Part shown: positions 6,357 to 10,560 of the stretch, one piece after another
Layout of the letters: every line of letters begins with the position of its first letter
How positions within the stretch are numbered: the stretch's first letter is position 1
IMG/VR virus record: IMGVR_UViG_2734482784_000004
Reading direction: 5' to 3' (one strand)
From: a virus
Lineage: Duplodnaviria; Heunggongvirae; Uroviricota; Caudoviricetes
Length of the DNA: 10,560 nt
Made by a program: the position numbers and the translations under genes
The notes under the pieces: generated by a model
Told to the model about the DNA's origin: nothing
The model's input: the letters and a program-made list of their open reading frames with translations, nothing else
Database searches by the model: none

Positions 6357-6449
6357 AACAGTTCCGTAATAAATATCCGGTTTCATTCTTATATGCCAGC
6401 AATGGCAGGGATTTGTTCATCCTTAAATCTGTCATGAGGTTAAAACAAA

Positions 6450-8894
6450 ATGAGTAAAGTCTTTATTTGCGCCGCTATTCCTGACGAACTGGCAACAAGG
6501 GAAGAAGGCGCTGTGGCTGTAGCCACAGCCATTGAAGCTGGCGACGAACGCCGTGCTCGAGCAAAATTTCACTGGCAGTTCCTGGAACATTATCCGGCTG
6601 CTCAGGACTGCGCTTATAAATTTATTGTCTGCGAGGATAAACCTGGCATACCCCGCCCTGCCCTCGATTCATGGGATGCTGAATATATGCAGGAAAACCG
6701 CTGGGATGAGGAGTCTGCTTCTTTTGTCCCGGTTGAGACTAAATCCGATCCGATGAACGTCACTTTTGACAAGCTGGCCCCTGAAGTACAGAACGCTGTC
6801 ATGGTTAAGTTCGACACATGTGAAAACATCACCGTTGATATGGTTATTAGCGCACAGGAATTGTTGCAGGAAGACATGGCAACATTCGACGGACATATCG
6901 TTGAAGCGTTGATGAAAATGCCAGAAGTTAACGCCATGTTTCCGGAGCTTAAGTTGCACGCCATTGGGTGGGTTAAGCATAAATGTATTCCTGGTGCTAA
7001 ATGGCCCGAAATTCAGGCAGAGATGCGCATCTGGAAAAAACGTCGCGAAGGTGAACGCAAGGAAACCGGAAAATACACGTCTGTTGTTGATCTCGCCCGC
7101 ACCAGAGCCAATCAACAGTACACTGAAAATTCAACAGGAAAAATCAGCCCGGTCATTGCTGCCATTCATCGCGAATACAAGCAGACATGGAAAACACTGG
7201 ATGACGAACTGGCCTACGCTCTCTGGCCTGGTGATGTGGATGCCGGAAACATTGACGGCAGCATCCATCGCTGGGCAAAAAAAGAAGTTATCGACAACGA
7301 CCGCGAAGACTGGAAGCGTATCTCGGCATCAATGCGCAAACAGCCTGATGCCCTTCGCTGCGCCCGCCAAACTATTTTTGGCCTTGTCCGTGAGCGTCCG
7401 ATCGACATTCACAAAGATCCCGTAGCACTGAACAAATATATCTGCGAATACCTGACGACAAAGGGCGTGTTTGAGAATGAAGAAACAGACCTGGGCACTG
7501 TTGATGTTCTCCAGTCATCAGAAACACAAACTGATGCAGTGGAAACTGAGGTATCTGATATCCCAAAAAATGAAACCGCGCCGGAAGCTGAACCATCTGT
7601 AGAGCGTGAGGGGCCGTTCTATTTCCTCTTCGCAGATAAGGACGGAGAAAAATACGGTCGCGCAAACAAACTTTCTGGTCTGGATAAGGCACTGGCTGCT
7701 GGCGCCACTGAAATCACAAAAGAAGAATATTTTGCCCGAAAAAATGGCACATACACGGGCTTACCGCAAAATGTAGATACCGCTGAAGATTCAGAACAAC
7801 CAGAACCGATAAAAGTTACCGCTGACGAAGTAAACAAAATTATGCAGGCAGCCAATATCAGCCAGCCTGACGCCGATAAGTTGCTTGCTGCATCACGTGG
7901 TGAATTTGTTGAAGGGATTAGTGACCCGAATGATCCGAAATGGGTTAAGGGGATCCAGACCCGCGATTCTGTGAACCAGAACCAGCATGAATCGGAACGG
8001 AACTACCAAAAAGCGGAACAAAACAGCCCAAATGCGTTACAAAACGAGCCAGAAACGAAACAGCCTGAACCAGTGGCGCAACAGGAAGTGGAAAAAGTCT
8101 GCACCGCCTGCGGTCAGACCGGCGGCGGCAACTGCCCTGATTGTGGCGCGGTGATGGGCGACGCAACATACCAAGAAACATTCGATGAAGAGTATCAGGT
8201 TGAAGTTCAGGAAGATGATCCGGAGGAAATGGAAGGCGCTGAACATCCACACAAGGAGAACACTGGCGGCAATCAGCATCACAATAGCGATAATGAAACT
8301 GGCGAGACGGCAGATCACTCAATTAAGGTGAACGGTCATCACGAAATCACATCCACCAGCAGGACGTGTGACCATCTAATGATCGACCTTGAAACCATGG
8401 GAAAAAATCCTGATGCCCCGATCATCTCAATAGGTGCAATATTTTTCGATCCGCAAACCGGAGATATGGGACCGGAATTTAGTAAGACTATCGATCTGGA
8501 AACTGCTGGCGGAGTCATTGATCGGGACACCATTAAATGGTGGCTTAAGCAATCACGCGAAGCGCAATCTGCCATTATGACCGATGAAATCCCGTTAGAT
8601 GATGCACTGTTACAATTGCGGGAATTTATCGACGAAAACTCCGGTGAATTTTTTGTTCAGGTTTGGGGAAATGGAGCCAACTTCGACAACACGATTTTGC
8701 GCCGTTCATACGAACGGCAGGGGATCCCCTGCCCGTGGCGTTACTACAACGATCGCGATGTACGCACAATCGTTGAGCTGGGGAAAGCCATAGACTTCGA
8801 TGCCAGAACGGCTATTCCATTCGAAGGTGAGCGCCATAATGCACTTGATGACGCCCGTTACCAGGCAAAATACGTTTCAGTTATCTGGCAATAA
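6450..8894 (+). CDS. RecE-like (exodeoxyribonuclease VIII family) protein with C-terminal DnaQ-like DEDDh 3'-5' exonuclease domain; full-length YdfE-type (814 aa)
   Basis: ATG at 6450, TAA at 8892..8894. The central segment ([30 protein letters not shown]...[21 protein letters not shown]...[10 protein letters not shown]) resembles the RecE linker and zinc-ribbon region as I recall it. The C-terminus carries DEDDh-type motifs ([27 protein letters not shown]) rather than a RecE-type 5'-3' nuclease fold. The N-terminus resembles the truncated K-12 YdfE. Confidence 0.85.
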   Translation: MSKVFICAAIPDELATREEGAVAVATAIEAGDERRARAKFHWQFLEHYPAAQDCAYKFIVCEDKPGIPRPALDSWDAEYMQENRWDEESASFVPVETKSDPMNVTFDKLAPEVQNAVMVKFDTCENITVDMVISAQELLQEDMATFDGHIVEALMKMPEVNAMFPELKLHAIGWVKHKCIPGAKWPEIQAEMRIWKKRREGERKETGKYTSVVDLARTRANQQYTENSTGKISPVIAAIHREYKQTWKTLDDELAYALWPGDVDAGNIDGSIHRWAKKEVIDNDREDWKRISASMRKQPDALRCARQTIFGLVRERPIDIHKDPVALNKYICEYLTTKGVFENEETDLGTVDVLQSSETQTDAVETEVSDIPKNETAPEAEPSVEREGPFYFLFADKDGEKYGRANKLSGLDKALAAGATEITKEEYFARKNGTYTGLPQNVDTAEDSEQPEPIKVTADEVNKIMQAANISQPDADKLLAASRGEFVEGISDPNDPKWVKGIQTRDSVNQNQHESERNYQKAEQNSPNALQNEPETKQPEPVAQQEVEKVCTACGQTGGGNCPDCGAVMGDATYQETFDEEYQVEVQEDDPEEMEGAEHPHKENTGGNQHHNSDNETGETADHSIKVNGHHEITSTSRTCDHLMIDLETMGKNPDAPIISIGAIFFDPQTGDMGPEFSKTIDLETAGGVIDRDTIKWWLKQSREAQSAIMTDEIPLDDALLQLREFIDENSGEFFVQVWGNGANFDNTILRRSYERQGIPCPWRYYNDRDVRTIVELGKAIDFDARTAIPFEGERHNALDDARYQAKYVSVIWQ

Positions 8895-8932
8895 CTGATC
8901 CCGAGTCAGGCTGATTCTTAATGTTCAACTGT

Positions 8933-8964
8933 CGCCGGTTGTGACTGGTATTCTGCAACCGGCG
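8933..8964 (+). promoter_or_regulatory. Perfect 9-bp inverted repeat (CGCCGGTTG ... CAACCGGCG) with a 14-nt loop, between the exonuclease and excisionase genes
   Basis: Read directly from the sequence; no U-run follows, so it is not a canonical terminator. Could be an attenuator, an RNA processing site or a protein-binding site. Confidence 0.3.
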
Positions 8965-8993
8965 CTCGTCTGATGTAAGAGATAAAGAAATCG

Positions 8994-9245
8994 ATGAGCG
9001 AAGTAATCATGATTGTCTCTCCCGGCAAATGGGTATCCGAAGAGCAGTTAATTGCGCTGAAAGGAATAAAAAAAGGTACGTTAAAAAAGGCCCGGGAAAA
9101 ATCGTTTATGGAAGGAAGGGAATATAAGCATGTCGCTCATGACGGTATGCCATGGGATAACAGTCCATGCTTTTACAACCTGGAAGAAATTGATCGCTGG
9201 ATTGAGCGCCAGGCATCAGCGAGACCAAGACGTCATCTTACTTGA
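8994..9245 (+). CDS. Excisionase-like protein (83 aa)
   Basis: Small basic protein immediately upstream of the integrase on the same strand. Size, position and sequence character fit the prophage excisionase-like family. The start codon is uncertain (ATG at 8994 or 9009, both with weak RBS). Confidence 0.65.
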   Translation: MSEVIMIVSPGKWVSEEQLIALKGIKKGTLKKAREKSFMEGREYKHVAHDGMPWDNSPCFYNLEEIDRWIERQASARPRRHLT

Positions 9246-9279
9246 CTAAAAGCCACACTAACTAATGAGAGAAGTTGAA

Positions 9280-10560
9280 ATGAAATATCCGACAGGCGTG
9301 GAAAACCATGGAGGGAAATTACGTATCTGGTTTGTTTATAAAGGCGTAAGAGTCAGGGAAAATCTGGGGGTTCCTGACACAGCAAAAAACAGGCGCGTTG
9401 CAGGTGAACTACGCTCCTCTGTTTGTTACGCAATAAAAACTGGTGTTTTCGACTATGCAAAACAGTTTCCCTCCTCACGCAATCTGGAAAAATTTGGTGA
9501 GGCCCGACAAGATTTAACCATAAAAGAACTGGCTGAAAAATTTCTGGCACTGAAAGAAAATGAAGTCGCCAAAACATCACTCAACACATACCGTGCCGTC
9601 ATCAAAAATATCCTGAGCATAATCGGTGAAAAAAATCTTGCCTCATCGATTAATAAAGAAAAATTACTGGAGGTTCGTAAAGAGCTACTGACTGGATACC
9701 AGATCCCCAAAAGTAACTATATTGTTACACAACCAGGGAGATCGGCTGTAACTGTAAATAATTACATGACAAATCTTAACGCCGTGTTCCAGTTTGGTGT
9801 TGATAACGGTTACCTGGCAGATAATCCGTTTAAGGGGATCTCGCCATTAAAGGAATCAAGAACCATTCCGGATCCTCTTTCGCGGGAGGAATTTATCCGT
9901 CTTATCGATGCGTGCAGAAATCAGCAAGCAAAAAATTTATGGTGTGTTTCTGTTTATACTGGCGTTCGCCCTGGTGAGCTGTGTGCACTTGGATGGGAGG
10001 ACATAGATCTGAAAAATGGAACAATGATGATCAGGAGAAATTTAGCAAAAGACCGTTTCACGGTACCAAAAACACAGGCGGGAACCAATCGGGTCACTCA
10101 TCTTATTAAGCCAGCAATCGACGCTCTCCGGAGTCAGATGACATTAACGAGACTGAGTAAAGAGCATATCATTGATGTTCACCTCAGAGAGTATGGCAGA
10201 ACAGAAAAACAAAAATGCACCTTTGTTTTTCAACCTGAAGTGTCAGCGAGAGTAAAAAATTATGGTGACCATTTTACCGTTGACTCAATAAGGCAGATGT
10301 GGGACGCAGCGATAAAACGTGCCGGACTCCGCCATCGAAAATCATATCAATCGAGACATACTTATGCCTGCTGGTCGCTGACAGCTGGTGCTAACCCGGC
10401 ATTTATAGCAAACCAGATGGGCCATGCAGATGCGCAAATGGTATTTCAGGTATACGGAAAATGGATGTCTGAAAACAATAATGCACAGGTAGCTTTGTTA
10501 AATACACAGTTAAGCGAGTTTGCCCCAACCATGCCCCATAACGAAGCAATAAAAAATTAA
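9280..10560 (+). CDS. Phage tyrosine integrase (site-specific recombinase), complete
   Basis: ORF from ATG 9265 (preferred start ATG 9280, with GAGAAG 5 nt upstream) to TAA at 10558..10560. Catalytic-domain-like C-terminal residues are present (GVRPGE, SRHTYACW, HADAQMVFQVYGKW). Terminal position in the pL-like operon after the excisionase-like gene. Confidence 0.9.
   Translation: MKYPTGVENHGGKLRIWFVYKGVRVRENLGVPDTAKNRRVAGELRSSVCYAIKTGVFDYAKQFPSSRNLEKFGEARQDLTIKELAEKFLALKENEVAKTSLNTYRAVIKNILSIIGEKNLASSINKEKLLEVRKELLTGYQIPKSNYIVTQPGRSAVTVNNYMTNLNAVFQFGVDNGYLADNPFKGISPLKESRTIPDPLSREEFIRLIDACRNQQAKNLWCVSVYTGVRPGELCALGWEDIDLKNGTMMIRRNLAKDRFTVPKTQAGTNRVTHLIKPAIDALRSQMTLTRLSKEHIIDVHLREYGRTEKQKCTFVFQPEVSARVKNYGDHFTVDSIRQMWDAAIKRAGLRHRKSYQSRHTYACWSLTAGANPAFIANQMGHADAQMVFQVYGKWMSENNNAQVALLNTQLSEFAPTMPHNEAIKN

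Noticed and set aside
5841-6386. Minus-strand ORFs of 91 aa (5841..6116) and 71 aa (6171..6386)
   Set aside because: Both lie antisense to the dicF-dicB-ydfD operon and lack RBS support.
6532-8575. Multiple ORFs of 64 to 153 aa on both strands inside the exonuclease gene
   Set aside because: All are nested within or antisense to the 814-aa coding sequence, which has a continuous domain-consistent translation.
1-10560. CRISPR array, tRNA, rRNA or IS element
   Set aside because: No regularly spaced direct repeats, no tRNA-like cloverleaf and no transposase-like ORF or terminal inverted repeats were seen. A tRNA attachment site may lie just outside the window, next to the integrase.

Overview
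This window reads as the early/regulatory arm of a Qin-like cryptic lambdoid prophage from an enterobacterium. All protein identities are from reading the translations and from memory of E. coli K-12 prophage proteins; no database search was run. Minus-strand block (left): a Q-family late antiterminator (1..378), a DUF968/YdfU-like protein (396..1445), a 92-aa Cys/His-rich ORF, an 83-aa Rem-like ORF, and a Hok-family type I toxin whose 51-aa product matches HokD/RelF as I remember it (2260..2415) with its own intrinsic terminator. Plus-strand block (right): the DicF sRNA, dicB, ydfD (ATGA-overlapped with dicB), an 814-aa RecE-like protein whose C-terminus is a DnaQ-like DEDDh 3'-5' exonuclease, an excisionase-like gene and a complete tyrosine integrase ending at the window edge. 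Between these blocks (about 2470..5750) the content does not correspond to anything I recognise (no relBE, no cI/Cro-like HTH repressors, no replication genes). It contains an AT-rich islet with a small two-helix membrane protein, a compact operon of tiny acidic proteins, a 140-aa GTG-start protein, and a convergent overlapping pair of 121-aa and 66-aa genes. This uncharacterised middle segment is the best candidate for an undescribed accessory (defence, anti-defence or immunity) module, but function there is inference only. No tRNA, rRNA, CRISPR array or IS element was recognised.
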